From NCBI GenBank assembly GCA_000002445.1, contig CP000069.1:1472001-1536000 (forward strand): a DNA stretch of 64,000 nt. The letters run 5' to 3'. The translations under genes were made by a program, and so were the position numbers. The notes under the pieces were generated by a model that saw only the letters and a list, made by a program, of their open reading frames with translations, was not told the DNA's origin and did not search any database. The stretch comes from Trypanosoma brucei. Lineage: Eukaryota. Shown in pieces: positions 45,875 to 58,348 of this stretch. Position 1 is the stretch's first letter, and every line of letters starts with the position of its first letter.

Positions 45875-48013
45875 CTAGATAGCGGAATATCCTGTTGGTA
45901 TTGTTGGCCCTATCGCTGCATGTTGCGGGTTGCACCATCGGCACTGTGGAGGCACACTCGGGTTGATCTTTCGCAACATCCATCCATAGTGTCTTGAAGA
46001 CACAACCCGAAAGCGTGCCCGTGCCGTTTCTTCTTCCCTCGTCAGTTCTTCTTTATGTTTTGTTGGAAAGTGGTTGCCCGTGATACCAAACCTATGAGTG
46101 TTCTCATGGACTTCTTCCGACCTAAGCACTCGCTTCGCATAAGCAATGATGTCGGGGATCCATGTGTCTCGCAACTGTGGTAAATCTGCGGCCTTTTTGG
46201 CCATTTCATCGCAAACCTCATTCCGTTTCATGCCACAATGGCCAAACACAAATTGCAGTCGGATACACACCTTTCTTCTCTGAACTTGAAGCAGAAGCCT
46301 CCATAGTCGTCTTAGAATTGGGTCCGTTACGGCTAGGGGGCCTGTCTGCAGTGCTGTTAACATTGACAGCGAGTCAGAGAAGATGGACAACCTGCTCGGT
46401 GTGCTTCTGTATGCCGGAAGCCATTTCAGCAGCCTTTGCAGTCCTATCTCTAATGCTACGCATTCCGCTCTGTAACTGCATGAGAGTTCCCCTGCTCCAG
46501 TTTTGGGTGCACAAATCAGCGTGTTGCTTCTGTAGAGCAGGGCAGCTGCTCCGGACTTCTCACCGAGGGACATGGGTCCATCAGTCCACAATTCGTAGTG
46601 CTCTCGCCGCGGTGGCTCCTTCCCCCTCCGTGCAAAATGCCGTTCAATCCACTTTTCGGAAGCCTCCCTTTTGACATCGTCAGGGTCATCAGCGCACACA
46701 GGCTTTATCTGCGTGTGAAATATCGGTCGGCAGCTGTGGCGGAGCGTCGATGTCTCTAGTGGGTGCTCGCGTGGCTCAATGTGGAGGTGGGGATAGGACC
46801 GCATGATGCGGGAATGTAGGACTCTGACTGGATGTTTGCTGTGGTATACTTCTTCAGCACTGCGCCGTAAACATCCGCCTCGTGACTCACACATCAGCAT
46901 GAATTTCATGCTGCGCACAAGAGTGGTCGTCTTGAGTGGCAGGAGGTTTGCTTCCAGCAGAGAGTTCTCTTTGAGCTTCCCATGTTGTATGCCGGCTATG
47001 ATGCGACTGGCTTTGTGTTGTGCTGCTGCAAGGAGGTCGCGACTTCGTTCCGAAGCGTCCCAGTACCATACCTCAATGCCATACATGGTGTGTGCCTGTA
47101 CGAGTGCTAGATAAAAAGCTCTCAGTACTTGTCTTCTTGGCTCCCATGTAGAAGCTGAGATGGCTGCTATCTGCAGTAGTCTAAAATCCATCTTGCGTCT
47201 CGTTTCTGCAGCATGTGTTGCCATCCCCTGCAGACACTGGAATGTTACTCCTAGAAGCTTCGGTGTCCTGCCAGCTCCTATTCTTTTGCCGTCCAGTTGT
47301 AATGTAAGGGGGTGGCGCTCTATACACCCGAAGAGTGTGCACATTGTTTTCGCTACATTGACAGACATGAAGTACTCTTTTGACCACTGTAACACCACGG
47401 TTAGGCCGCATTGTAGTGTGTGGTTGATGGCATCCCTCTCTGTGTGCCTCGCAAGTAGCGTCAGGTTGTCTGCAAAGAATCCGTGCTGCAGTAACGGCAC
47501 TTCTGCAAGGCATTGGCTCAACGAGTTCATGACAATAATGAACATGATTGGACCAAGGACAGTTCCTTGTGGCACTCCTCGCTCAAATGTTCTGCTTCTG
47601 GAGAGCTTCTCCTTGAATCTCACTCTGCCAGTTCGGTTACTCAGAAATGATACGCACCACTTCACAATGTGGGGTGATACCTTCATTCTGTGCATTTCCC
47701 TCGCAATTTTGTCGTGGTCTACTGTATCAAATGCCTTCTCGTAGTCGACGAATACAGCACCCGTACGATATTGGTGCGTGGGGCGGCAGAGGGCAGCGCG
47801 GACGTGCAGGAGTTGTTCGAGCGTTGAGCATCCGGGGCGAAAGCCTGATTGCTGCGGCGTCAGCTGGGACTCAACAGTGTCTCTAAGCCTCGCGGCAATT
47901 ATGCGTTCCATGACTTTGCAGAGACAGCTCGTGAGCGTCACAGGCCTGTAAGAATCGAGGTCCTCCGCCTTTTTCCGGCCTTCAGGATGGGGATGATAAC
48001 ACCAGTCTTCCAT
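45875..48013 (-). CDS. ingi reverse transcriptase ORF (712 aa), copy 2, with 3' end replaced by unrelated sequence
   Basis: Aligns with the 13501-15942 ORF. Diverges at ~45900. Confidence 0.7.
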   Translation of the reverse strand: MEDWCYHPHPEGRKKAEDLDSYRPVTLTSCLCKVMERIIAARLRDTVESQLTPQQSGFRPGCSTLEQLLHVRAALCRPTHQYRTGAVFVDYEKAFDTVDHDKIAREMHRMKVSPHIVKWCVSFLSNRTGRVRFKEKLSRSRTFERGVPQGTVLGPIMFIIVMNSLSQCLAEVPLLQHGFFADNLTLLARHTERDAINHTLQCGLTVVLQWSKEYFMSVNVAKTMCTLFGCIERHPLTLQLDGKRIGAGRTPKLLGVTFQCLQGMATHAAETRRKMDFRLLQIAAISASTWEPRRQVLRAFYLALVQAHTMYGIEVWYWDASERSRDLLAAAQHKASRIIAGIQHGKLKENSLLEANLLPLKTTTLVRSMKFMLMCESRGGCLRRSAEEVYHSKHPVRVLHSRIMRSYPHLHIEPREHPLETSTLRHSCRPIFHTQIKPVCADDPDDVKREASEKWIERHFARRGKEPPRREHYELWTDGPMSLGEKSGAAALLYRSNTLICAPKTGAGELSCSYRAECVALEIGLQRLLKWLPAYRSTPSRLSIFSDSLSMLTALQTGPLAVTDPILRRLWRLLLQVQRRKVCIRLQFVFGHCGMKRNEVCDEMAKKAADLPQLRDTWIPDIIAYAKRVLRSEEVHENTHRFGITGNHFPTKHKEELTREEETARARFRVVSSRHYGWMLRKINPSVPPQCRWCNPQHAAIGPTIPTGYSAI

Positions 48014-49681
48014 GCAGGCGGCACGACTCCCGTTCGTAGGCTCTCATTGAATAGCCTCACAACAACATTCAGCGCTGTTCTGCCGAGATGTTGCAGTGCC
48101 TCGTTGTATAAGCAATCAGGTCCGGCTGCGGATCCACTAGGTAGCAGTTTGATCGATCTCCGTAGTTCAGCCATCGTGATGGGACTGAACTCACTCGCTA
48201 TCGTCTTTATTGGTGCCGGTGGGTGTGAGTCGGGGTGCCTTCTTGCGCGGGAAGAGTACAGTTTACTGAACCTCTCAGCTTGACGGTAGTCCGTGATGGC
48301 CGCGTTATCAACAAGTACAGCCGGTGTGGTTAGTGGTCGTGGCGCATATACCTTCTTGACAATGTGCCAACTGCAGCGGTCTGACACCGCAAGTCTGGAG
48401 CATAGCGTGCTCCATCTCTTCTTTGTGGTACGGTCCAGGATCTGCTTACGCGTGGCTACCAACTTTTCCCTTCGGTGGGAGGGTCCGCATCCAGCGATCT
48501 CTTCATCGAGTTTCGCGAGCTCAGGTGTCCAATGTGGTGGCGTTGCTCTGCAGCCACGGGGGACGGAGACCTTCGTCGCAATGCGGATGGCGGAGCTCAA
48601 TTTCTGTTCCAGGGTGTTGACATTCTTCTCTCTACCAATTTTCCTGCAGAGCTCGTCAACCTTGAGACGGAAATTCCTCCAGTCAGCTTTTAGCCATGCG
48701 TACATGGGCTTTCGAAGCCGCGGGCAGCTCAGTGCATCTGTGTCGTCTCCAAAGATAACGTCGAAAAATATGTGATGGTGATCGCTATCGGGAGAATACA
48801 GCGATGTCCACGTGTACACTGTGCAATTCCTTGACAGTGTCACATCAGGGGTGGACTCCCCGTGGTGGCGCGCGTACCTGGTGCACTCACCAGTGTTGCA
48901 GACCAGAAACTGGTTGTCAATGCACCACTGTGTGAGGGTTTCACCCTTGGTATTTGGTGGGCTCGCGCGATCCCATGCCAACGCGTGTGCGTTAGCGTCT
49001 GCACCGATGAGCTGGGCACCGTCAGTCGTCAGAAGCGTATCTAGGTCAGTTGCCGTGAAGGTGTGTTTTGGTGGGATGTATGCCGACGTGACAGTCAGCG
49101 CCGTTCCACGTGCAAGGTGAATTGTTGCATGCACTTGTTCAATGCGACCAACAACGGCCATACCGGTCTCGACTGGTATGTCCTCTCACTAGTATTGATA
49201 CACCACCTCCTTTGCAGTTACGAGCTATTCCGTGATGTTGGTAGCCAGCAACGCTAAAGCAAGCCGCCTCTCCAGGCGTCATCCTTGTCTCGCTCAACAG
49301 ACAAAAGGCGATCCGCTCATCAACAAGGGTTTTGTGGAGTGCTAATCTCTTTCCTTGAGATAGTCCGGCGCAGTTCCACTGCATCCCGTGAAACGACAGG
49401 CAGGGATTCTCTTCCACATCACCGGACAGCAGCATCTTAGTGCGGATGATATACTGCTGATGGCACGCTGGCACGTGCTCAGGGACCGACAAATGAAAAA
49501 CGGTGTCCCAGCAAGACGCTGCTGATCCCTGTGCTGTATGATGCCGTAGCCGGAGCACAGCAGTGTTCCCTATGAAAGGAACGCTGCTGGCTCTTGGCTT
49601 CCCCCGATGATACGGGGTACTGGACCCTGGCACCACGTTGAGGTGGCCGGCATCGCCAGGGTACTCACTTGATCTCAACCC
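45900..49681 (-). mobile_element. ingi: ingi retrotransposon, 3'-truncated copy (~3.8 kb), part of the segmental duplication shared with 13829-17610
   Basis: Near-identical to ingi copy 1 from its 5' end (49681) down to ~45900. RT ORF at 45875-48013 and endonuclease ORF at 47938-49161, with the same frame overlap as copy 1. Confidence 0.85.
47938..49161 (-). CDS. ingi endonuclease-domain ORF (407 aa), copy 2
   Basis: Differs from the 15867-17090 ORF by only a few residues. Confidence 0.6.
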   Translation of the reverse strand: MAVVGRIEQVHATIHLARGTALTVTSAYIPPKHTFTATDLDTLLTTDGAQLIGADANAHALAWDRASPPNTKGETLTQWCIDNQFLVCNTGECTRYARHHGESTPDVTLSRNCTVYTWTSLYSPDSDHHHIFFDVIFGDDTDALSCPRLRKPMYAWLKADWRNFRLKVDELCRKIGREKNVNTLEQKLSSAIRIATKVSVPRGCRATPPHWTPELAKLDEEIAGCGPSHRREKLVATRKQILDRTTKKRWSTLCSRLAVSDRCSWHIVKKVYAPRPLTTPAVLVDNAAITDYRQAERFSKLYSSRARRHPDSHPPAPIKTIASEFSPITMAELRRSIKLLPSGSAAGPDCLYNEALQHLGRTALNVVVRLFNESLRTGVVPPAWKTGVIIPILKAGKRRRTSILTGL

Positions 49682-50164
49682 TCCGCATTTAAGTCGGCCA
49701 CCATATTTCAAACTATATGTTACACCATTTCTTACGCAGCATCTATTCACTTATATTTGACATAGGAAGCACAAACCACCCCGTATTATTTCTTTCTGTG
49801 CCGCTTTGAGCTTTTGCGTGTCCATTTGTTTCTTTCTGTATCTTCTTCCCTATTTTTGTCAACTGCATCACTCGCTTTGAGTAACACAGAGACTCTATTT
49901 GACATGTAACAACTAATTCTGTCTCTAACCACTATATTTCTTCACCTTCTCAATGTGCATCATGGTACTCATCACCATGTTTATGTACGAAAATGTTCGT
50001 ATTCCCTATTCTTTTTCTTTTGTATCTCTTATTTTCCTTCAATAACATCAAACGTGCTCACAGTCTGTCTTATTACTTCTTCTACTCACTCATTTACTCA
50101 AATTATGCCATTGCAATTATTTTAAACTCCTTATTTTGGGGGTTATTTCAGCTGGCAGCCCTCT

Positions 50165-50290
50165 TATTTTAATATTCGTATACACACTCACAACACTATC
50201 CTAGTATTATCATTATTGGCATTTCTATATTATTATTAACACTACTTCTACTATAGCCCTAACTGATAGCGACAGAATAACGAAATAATC
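50165..50290 (-). repeat. 70-bp repeat (duplicate of 18095-18215)
   Basis: Identical sequence, offset ~32072 bp. Confidence 0.7.
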
Positions 50291-50415
50291 AAAATTATTG
50301 TACTAATCATTTTTGACGCCCTTTCATCCTACTACGTTATGTCCACATGCCACTATTATACACATTTTAGTATAAGTTTAACTATTTTTCTCACTTTTAA
50401 AAGGTTTTTAAAAAC

Positions 50416-50431
50416 TGTTAAAATATAGAAA
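50416..50431 (-). promoter_or_regulatory. VSG 3' UTR 16-mer-like element (CTGTTAAAATATAGAA), duplicate of 18344-18359
   Basis: Within the duplicated segment. Confidence 0.4.
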
Positions 50432-50681
50432 TTTTTGTCAATTTCTATCAAATTCTTTCAAAATATCAGCGTGTCATTGTATTTTATAAAATTCATGACG
50501 TTCGATAAAATTGAGCATATATCCTTATAGTTCTACAAAAACCCACAAAAAAGCAGTAATCAGGGCAATTTTTTTTTTTATCTAGAAGAAAACTAGTAGA
50601 GCGGTACTTGCCTTCCATCCATCCAAAAACAGCTTCTTTCTGGCGGAATGTCACCTTTTACTGGTCCTTTGGCTTCCTTAC

Positions 50682-51907
50682 TTAATGTGCACTTTTCTTC
50701 TCATTATTTGATTCGGCGTTCCACTTGCATGGCGGTTTACAATCTGTTTCCTTGTCTAACTTATTGCACTCTGCTTCTTTGGAGTCGATTGTTTCTTGGG
50801 TTTGGCGCTTGGGATGTTTGATAGTTTCTGCTCCATGTGCTACGGTTATGGTGGCTATGTCCAGAGTGTCGCATAACTGCCACGCTTGAACCTCTGCTGC
50901 TTTCAGTTGGGCATGCATTTTGGCTAGCTCGGTTCTTATGGTATATGCCTTTTTGAGTTCTTTCGTTGCTTGGAGCATGTTTTCGACCCATTTTACTTTG
51001 TGGAATGTTCCTGTTCCCACTGCAGCCATGTAATCAACACAAGTGGCTGAGATGGTGCCACCTAGGCCGTGCCGCCCGCTGTTGTCGTTGTCTGTGAAGG
51101 CTTTGTTGACGAGTGAGGATTCTACTTGGGTTACCGCCGCCATGAGTAGCTCTAGCGTGACAGTTTTTGCGTCGGTGGTGGGCTTAAATTTTGTTACAAT
51201 GGCCTTATACGCGCTGACTCCAGCGGCCGCGTCGCTTCCTGTTCCATAGTTGGCTCTGTTCTCGCCTTCTACGCAGATTCCGTTGCTTGTGCTTGCCGTG
51301 CCGCAAACACATGCAAGCGCTTTGGCTAGATTTTGCGCCGCCGGTTTTACCCTGCCGCCGCTGTTGCATGCGTTGTCTCCGGTGTCGAAAGTCTGTTCGG
51401 CTGCTGTGTTAGCCGCCGCGTCGCCGAAAACCGCTGCTTTTCATAATTTTTTGGCATTTTATTTTAAGTTTTGAAACTCCTTTTGTTGGCCGGCTGCTTG
51501 CTCTGCTGTAACCGCCGTTGAGTTGTACAGCCTTTCTAAAGCAGTGTGTGCTGCCCGCTTCCCTGGGCTTTCCGGAGGCCTTTTGTAAATTTCCGATTTG
51601 TCACTGTTCGTTTCGGTTTTTATTGTATCTTTGATTGCTGTAAATTCTGTGTCGGTTGTGAAGATGCCAAAAGTTTTATTATTGTAGTGTTCGTCTGGTA
51701 TTGTTGCCGCGTACAGTGCCCTCACAGCTGTCGGTACCTCGCCATTCGCATCCTGGGTATTGAATTCCGCCGCGTCGATGCTGCCTGTTGCTGCCTGATA
51801 TGCTGCACAAAGAGCTTCGTACTGTTACGCATTTTCTCGCTTCGAGTGTGACACTGAAGTCAAAGCTGCTAGTGCGGTTAGTAGACTTGCTATTAGTGGC
51901 CGCATTG
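50682..51907 (-). pseudogene. VSG pseudogene. Signal peptide is followed by an in-frame stop; frameshifts; C-terminus KKSAH* with no GPI signal.
   Basis: Minus frame from 51907: MRPLIASLLTALAALTSVSHSKRENA*. ORFs 51459-51725 and 50682-51143 end ..CNKLDKETDCKPPCKWNAESNNEKKSAH*. Confidence 0.65.
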
Positions 51908-52380
51908 CCTATAAGTTAGTAAATTTATGGTTTTGTTTATGTTGAAATGCGTAACGTTTTGTGCAATTATAGTGGCTTGTGAGTAAGTTTGAATGTCACA
52001 GAAACCTTATCGGTTTGTGGGGTACTTTAAGACTTTAAGGCTAAAACATTAATTTTAATTAGAAATTACCGTGGAAGGTGAAGTTTCGTGATCAAACATC
52101 TTTGAAGTACCTTCGGAATCACATTTTATAAGTCTTAAACAAATACCCTTCTTTAAAAGCGTAAATACAAATTTTGTCATACGTGAAATTAAATTTTTTT
52201 CAACCTCTCGTATAAGCTCAAATTTTTCTTAACTCTATCGTACTAAATTTCCTCCTTTTAAAACACGCGTAAAAACTAAGATTTTTTACAATTAACTTCG
52301 TTTTCTCCTCTCATGCAATAGTGTACCATTGAAAAAATAAATGGCGCCTTTCAAATTTCATCACTATGCTGAATAGAAAA

Positions 52381-52951
52381 GAGTCTCTCCTCATAATCTA
52401 ATCCAATCATTCCTCACTTCAAAACAAATCTTTGTCAAACAGCTTCTTTTTGAGTTGCACTACAAATAAGAAATGGCTTGTAAATACTCTTATCTGACTG
52501 CCATTCCTCACTTCCCTTTAGTAACTCTCCAAAAGCATATTCAAATTTTCTTAAACTCCCATACTCTGGCTATTAAACCGCCAACACTAAGATACGGTTT
52601 TCCACTAGGAGGTGATTTTAGTAAATGGGGTAATTTTTTATCCTCTTCTTTTCTGTAGCCCACATTGAAAAACCAGTAACATCTCTGCATATGCTCCTTG
52701 TGATCTGAGTTCATAATCAGATTCAACTGAGGAGCATAACACTCTGATGTTGTCATGAACATAATAGGGGAAATATGCTTCTCTTTTACTATATCTTCTT
52801 CACCAAATCTATCTTCATTATCAGCGCTATTTTGTACAAAATATTCCACAGCATTTTTATACTTATTTCCATCACTAACAATAACAGCAGATCCATTTAC
52901 AGTTATTACAATATCCTCATCACCTGCATTATGCATTTCCAAAAATTCCAT
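52381..52951 (-). pseudogene. Unidentified conserved pseudogene fragment, family copy b
   Basis: ORF 52541-52951: ..DEDIVITVNGSAVIV..TSECYAPQLNLIMNSDHKEHMQRCYWFFNVGYRKEEDKKLPHLLKSPPSGKPYLSVGGLIARVWEFKKI. Bases 52381-52500 are ~97% identical to 23030-23150. Confidence 0.4.
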
Positions 52952-54032
52952 AACTCATCTAGGCCTCTTAACATGACTATACAAACCTTCCATAGCAATT
53001 GTAATAATTTTAACATGGCTTATTTAGTACTTAATATTAGCCTGCACCATCCTTTAGTTGCATGAGTTTGAACCACAAAAACAAACACTCTGGAATTCTT
53101 AGGCTTTTCATCTGTAATATTTACTTCTTTATAATGTTTAATATATGTTGAGCTTAAACACGCAAAATGTAATAGTAGTGATAATAATAAAATCGAAAGT
53201 TACTACATTTTATTCCCTAACCTATATTTAAAATTTTGAAAGAGATATAATAAAAAATTTAAAAAAGAGTAAGTTTCATCACTAAGCTTTTTGGTTAATG
53301 AAAACGTGTTTACGTGTATGAGTAAGTAATGCCTTGATATTGTGATTATATAGCTTCTGAAATGTGCCTATTTAGTGCATTAATTTAATCTTTTGGCGTG
53401 CATTAAAGATTCCTGTTTTTAGTAGTTAGCCGCGGCAACATACAGTGCAGTTCTTCCATGCACAGTCCTTCTCTATGAATTTATCTGGTAATTACAAGTA
53501 GCAGGCTGAACTGATAGGGACAGAAATAATAATAATTTTACAACCCTTCTGCGCAACTCCTCTCAACCATCTAATTTAGGCATTATCCTCTAACCAACAT
53601 GGATTTATGAGCCACCGATACTCGATTCTACAATTTTCTTCGTTGTGGCACATATTCATTTTTGTGCCAAATGTGCAGCACAATCACATCTTCTGCCGTT
53701 TACTTTGTGCCAAACTCGTGAGCATTTCGTTGCAAAACTCTCTCTTTTATTTACTTTTTTACGTTCTGTTGCTACTCCTGCGAATTACGTTGATAATTCA
53801 TTTTGCCTGCTCACGGAACTCTGATTATCGCCTACTTTTGGCTTCATCACGTTCCTTTGTATAATCATGAACATAAACATATTTCTGTTTGAAACTGTAT
53901 ATTCCACAACCCTTTCTTCCTTTTTTATTTTTCTCTTACAAACTTTCTCACTTAATAAGTTACTTCCATTGCACCTTTGCAATTATTTAGGTGCTTCCAT
54001 TCTTCCTCTTCATATATTATTCACCAGCAATC

Positions 54033-54130
54033 TTATTATAATACTCGTATATGCACACTCACAACACTCCTCCATCATTATTATTATCATTATCATTATA
54101 AACGTAACTAATATGTATAAAATAAAGAAT
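54033..54130 (-). repeat. 70-bp repeat
   Basis: CTTATTATAATACTCGTATATGCACACTCACAACACTCC..ATTATTATTATCATTATCATTATAAACGTAACTAATATGTATAAAATAAAG. Confidence 0.7.
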
Positions 54131-54268
54131 ATAGTCTGAATTATAATATCTCTCATTTTTCATATCCTAAAACTCTACTACTTTACTCTCATAAGCCACT
54201 CTTACACAATTTTTTTATATTTTTTATTTTTTCAAAAATTTCAAAAATATTTATACTTTTATTAAAAA

Positions 54269-54284
54269 GTGTTAAAATATCTCA
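54269..54284 (-). promoter_or_regulatory. VSG 3' UTR 16-mer-like element (GTGTTAAAATATCTCA)
   Basis: Just downstream of the VSG C-terminus at 54316. Confidence 0.6.
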
Positions 54285-54315
54285 AATGTTTAAAGGATTA
54301 GCGAATTCTCTCAAA

Positions 54316-55878
54316 TTATCTTAAAATAGCAAAGTTTGATAAATTTATTAAATTTCTTAAAAGTGAGAAAAAATCTTTAAAATCTTTAGAGTAGTAAAAT
54401 ACAACCAAACCCCTAAAAGAAGCAGCTATTAGATCCAATTCTTTATTGATAAGAAAGCTGGAATCCTTGCAAGTTTCACCTTCCCACTTGCATCCATCTT
54501 TGCAGTCCTCCTGCTTTTTCTTTTCGGAGTACTTTTTACCTTCTGTATTTGTTCCTACAGCTGCTCCTGTTCCTGCTGTGTTTGTCCGTGCTTCTCCCGC
54601 CTTAGCTTCGCACTTTCCATTGCTTTCCTCTCCTGTCCATTTGCACACTGCTTTGTCACTGTGTGGGCTTGGAAGCTGCCCGCCTGTCTTACTGCTGACG
54701 TTGCCCAGTGGTTCTTCCTCCGTTAGTTGCGTATAAATCGCTTCTGCTTTGGCATCTATTTCTGCCAGTCATTGGACCGCCTGTGTGCGCAGTTTCATGG
54801 CGTCCTCAGCTTGTTCGAGGATTGTTGCTGCTTCCTCGATTTCACTTATCTATGTGTTGGCGGTTATCTTACTCGGTGCTTTGGAAGCCAATAAGTCGGT
54901 GGAATCAAGACAGCCAGCTCCATCGCTTGTTGCACAGTTAGCGCCGTTGCTATTGGGTTCCCCCAGTACGGCAGCGACGCTCGTGCTCCCGGTGTGGGTG
55001 TGTGTTTTGATCCGTGAAAGTACAGTTGTTAAGGCCTGTCGTAAGTTTACTGCTGTTAGGCTTCGTGACTTTGCTTGGAGGCACTTTTGGTGTATGCTTT
55101 CATAGGCTGTTGCCATAATGACTGCGTTCCAGTCCGCTATCGTGCCCGTCGTAGCATTCTCACATGTGTCTTTGGTTTGTGCGCCTTCCTTGGCGCACAG
55201 GAAGACGGCCGCACTGCACACCGTGGAAGGTTGCGCCGTGATTTTGCAAGTCGCCTCCCGGCTTGTAGCCGCGGCCCCTTTACAAGCGTCTGCTGCGTTT
55301 GTGTGCTTTGTTTGTTTTCCGAACAAGGCTCCATTGGGCTTGGTAGCCAGTTCTGACCACGGTTTTTGCAGGTTCTTGTGCGGTCCTGTGTTGTAGTCTG
55401 AGACTACTTTTGTTGCTTCGGCTATTAGGGCTGTTATTTGCATTCGTGCTGCCTTGCCTACCGGACCGTCGCTGATTCCCGCTGGTAAGAGCTTGTTCCC
55501 TGGCATCTCGTCTGCTTTCGAAGCTGCAATAGCTGCGCTTTCCCATTTGGTCCATTGCTGCTTGCAATTTGGCTCCCAATCAAGGGCTTTGCAGAACTCT
55601 GGATCGTTGTTTCGTTTGCTTGCGTCTGTTATGAATTTGTTCCGCCAGCTGGTGAGGCTCAGTGACATGTTGATCTTGTCAAAGTTTCCTGGCATCGTCA
55701 GTTCTGAAGATGCTGGATCGACGCCGGTTGTGCTCTCCAATCCTGTTGATATGAGCTGGCAGATCGCATCGAGGTCTGCGAGGTTGATGACGTGGTCTTC
55801 AGTCGCACTTACCTTTTGCATTAGCGCCACATTGAGCAGTGCTGCATATAGTAGTAGAGCTTTTGTTTCAGGCTTCAT
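54316..55878 (-). pseudogene. VSG pseudogene: one reading frame throughout but two in-frame stops (54650-54850) and an aberrant, over-extended C-terminal tail
   Basis: ORF 54850-55878 gives signal MKPETKALLLYAALLNVALMQKVSA and an N-domain. The frame continues ..KITANT*ISEIEEAATILEQAEDAMKLRTQAVQ*LAEID.. into ORF 54316-54648, reading ..DCKDGCKWEGETCKDSSFLINKELDLIAASFRGLVVFYY... Confidence 0.65.
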
Positions 55879-56243
55879 GTAGCCTATTTGCTGACTATCT
55901 GAAAGAATAAAGAAACTTCTTTTTTTCCAGAGCTTTTGAAACTGTATCGCTTTTAATTAGTTATACCGCTTGTGCGTCATCTCTTTCTTCTTTTTGGCCG
56001 TTATTCAGCTGATCCATAGGAAATGCTTTTCGGTCGTTCACAGTGTTTGGTGGTGCATGGTGTTATCCCAACTCCTTGCGTTATGCACCTTCCAGTCTAC
56101 AACGTTTTAAATTTAAACAAATCATCCTTTTTAAACGGATTCCCACAAATATACTCATACTTAACAGGTAATTTCTCCACGGATACTGCATAAGTTTGCA
56201 GATTCCCAAGAGTGTGATTCGTATTAAATTTCTTTCCTACCCA

Positions 56244-56760
56244 CTATTTATACCAAGTGAGATTTAATAGGATCTTTCTAGTCTTTTCCTTCCAGGATAA
56301 CGCACGTCCTTGAAAGTGAAGGAACGCAGCTTTTCTGAAGGAAGTTTCGTAATGGACTGAGAAAAACTGATCGTCGTAATCTAATCCAATCAACTCTCTT
56401 GGTAAAACTAATCTACCGCTTACTTTTGCTTCCCGTTTCACACTCCACAATAGCAACGGAATATAAATACTCTGTTCTGACCACCATTTCTTCCCGTCTT
56501 CTAATAACTCTCCAAATACATATTCAAATTTTCTTAATTCCCACACTCTTGCTATCAAACCATCACCACTAAGATAAGTTTTTCCACTAGGAGGTGATTT
56601 TACTAAATGAGGAAAGTTTTTATCCTCTTCTTTTCTGTGCCCAACATTAAAAACATAATATCATCTCTCCATATGCTTCTTGTGATGTGAGTTCATAATC
56701 AGATTCAACTAAAGTGCATAACATTGTGGAGTTGACACGAATAGAATTAAATAAATTTTT
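56244..56760 (-). pseudogene. Unidentified conserved pseudogene fragment, family copy c (longest; single frame with 2 stops)
   Basis: Minus frame: ..CYAL*LNLIMNSHHKKHMER*YYVFNVGHRKEEDKNFPHLVKSPPSGKTYLSGDGLIARVWELRKFEYVFGELLEDGKKWWSEQSIYIPLLLWSVKREAKVSGRLVLPRELIGLDYDDQFFSVHYETSFRKAAFLHFQGRALSWKEKTRKILLNLTWYK*. Confidence 0.4.
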
Positions 56761-58049
56761 TGTCCCTTTACAATATTCTCTTCATTTTCTGCATAATTTT
56801 GTATAAAATATTCCACGGTATTTTAATATTTTTTCCATCAGAAATAATAACATCAGATCCAAAAAAAGCTATTATAATATCCTCATCACTTGCATTTTGT
56901 ATTTCTAAAATTCCATAACCCATCTAGGACTTTTAACATGACTATACAAACCTCCTATTGTAATTGTTATAATTTAAACATTGCTTAGTTTGTTACCTAA
57001 TAATATTCTACACCATCCTTTAGTTGCATGAGTTTGAACTACAACTACAAACATTCTTGCCTCCTTAGGATTATTATATGTTGTGTTTTTTGTTGTTTAT
57101 ATTATTACCCTGAAGAGATACAGCTCTTCAAAACACTAAATGTAATATAAAATGTAGCAGTAAAGTTGTTAATTTACCGATTTTTTCCACTTAACTGTAG
57201 AAATTTGAACGAGAGAAAAGCAAGAATTTTAGAAACCTTAAGAAAATAATTTAGTTACATCACTACCTTAATTATAAAAAAGGGTTTACGCATATAGTAA
57301 GTAATCACTTGATATTTTTGTAATACAGCTGCCAAAGGGTGCACACTTAATGTCTGCAGCTTATCTTTTAGCATGCATTTACCCTTTTTGTTCTAGAAAT
57401 TAGATTATAATACACCTGTGACTGTACACCGCGTGGACATTGTCTGTAAGTTTATCCACATTTCTTCGCCATCCATTTCTATATAAATGTTTCAACTGAA
57501 TATACCGATAGGTTCAGATATACTAAGAGTTTTGCTAGTTTTCTTTGCCAACTAACTAAGCCCGAAGGTTTCGTCATGAGAAGAACATCAGCGTTTCTTC
57601 ATGAACTTTTGCTACCATTTTCGTTACTAATATCTTTGATATAGCATCTACACATTTTTGTATCAAATACGGAGCGTCAAATACTTCAGATGTATCACTT
57701 TCTTCAGTACGTTTCTGCAGCTATTGCCTTTGTTTCTTTCTGCTCTCCATTCCGTCCCTTTCGTTCTCTACCATTTTTTCATGGCAATGTAGCGACTCCT
57801 TTAGTCATGTATATTAGACTCTGTCTCTTCTTAATAATCTTCTCATCATTTTCTTCTGTGAAATGATTACCGTATTCACGTCTCGTCATGAGACTATACA
57901 TATTTTATCTCTCTTTCTTTGATTTTCTGCATCCCTTCTATAATTATCATCTTACAAACTCTTCAACTCCCTCTTTACTACGGTTTCTTTTCCACTATTT
58001 TAAGGTCTCCTACTACTCTTGTGCATTTAGTCTTCAATACAATTTACAT

Positions 58050-58130
58050 TACAATATTATTATACACACACAGCACCATCATAAAAAACATCTCTATTAT
58101 ACCCCTAACTAATATACATAAAATAAACAA
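58050..58130 (-). repeat. 70-bp repeat, degenerate
   Basis: ACAATATTATTATACACACACAGCACC..TATTATACCCCTAACTAATATACATAAAATAAAC. Confidence 0.55.
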
Positions 58131-58348
58131 AATGAAACAAATTAGAAGCATTTTATAATAGTTGTTTTTTCACAACCCACCACCCTACTACTTTACTCCC
58201 ATGTTACACTTTCTTACCAATATTTATTATTCACAAAATTTGCATATTTTTATTAAAAAGTTTTTAGAATATGTCAAACTTTATAAAATTCTTAGAAAAT
58301 TATCAAATATCATAAATTTCATGAAAGTGAGCAAAAATCCTAAAAGTT

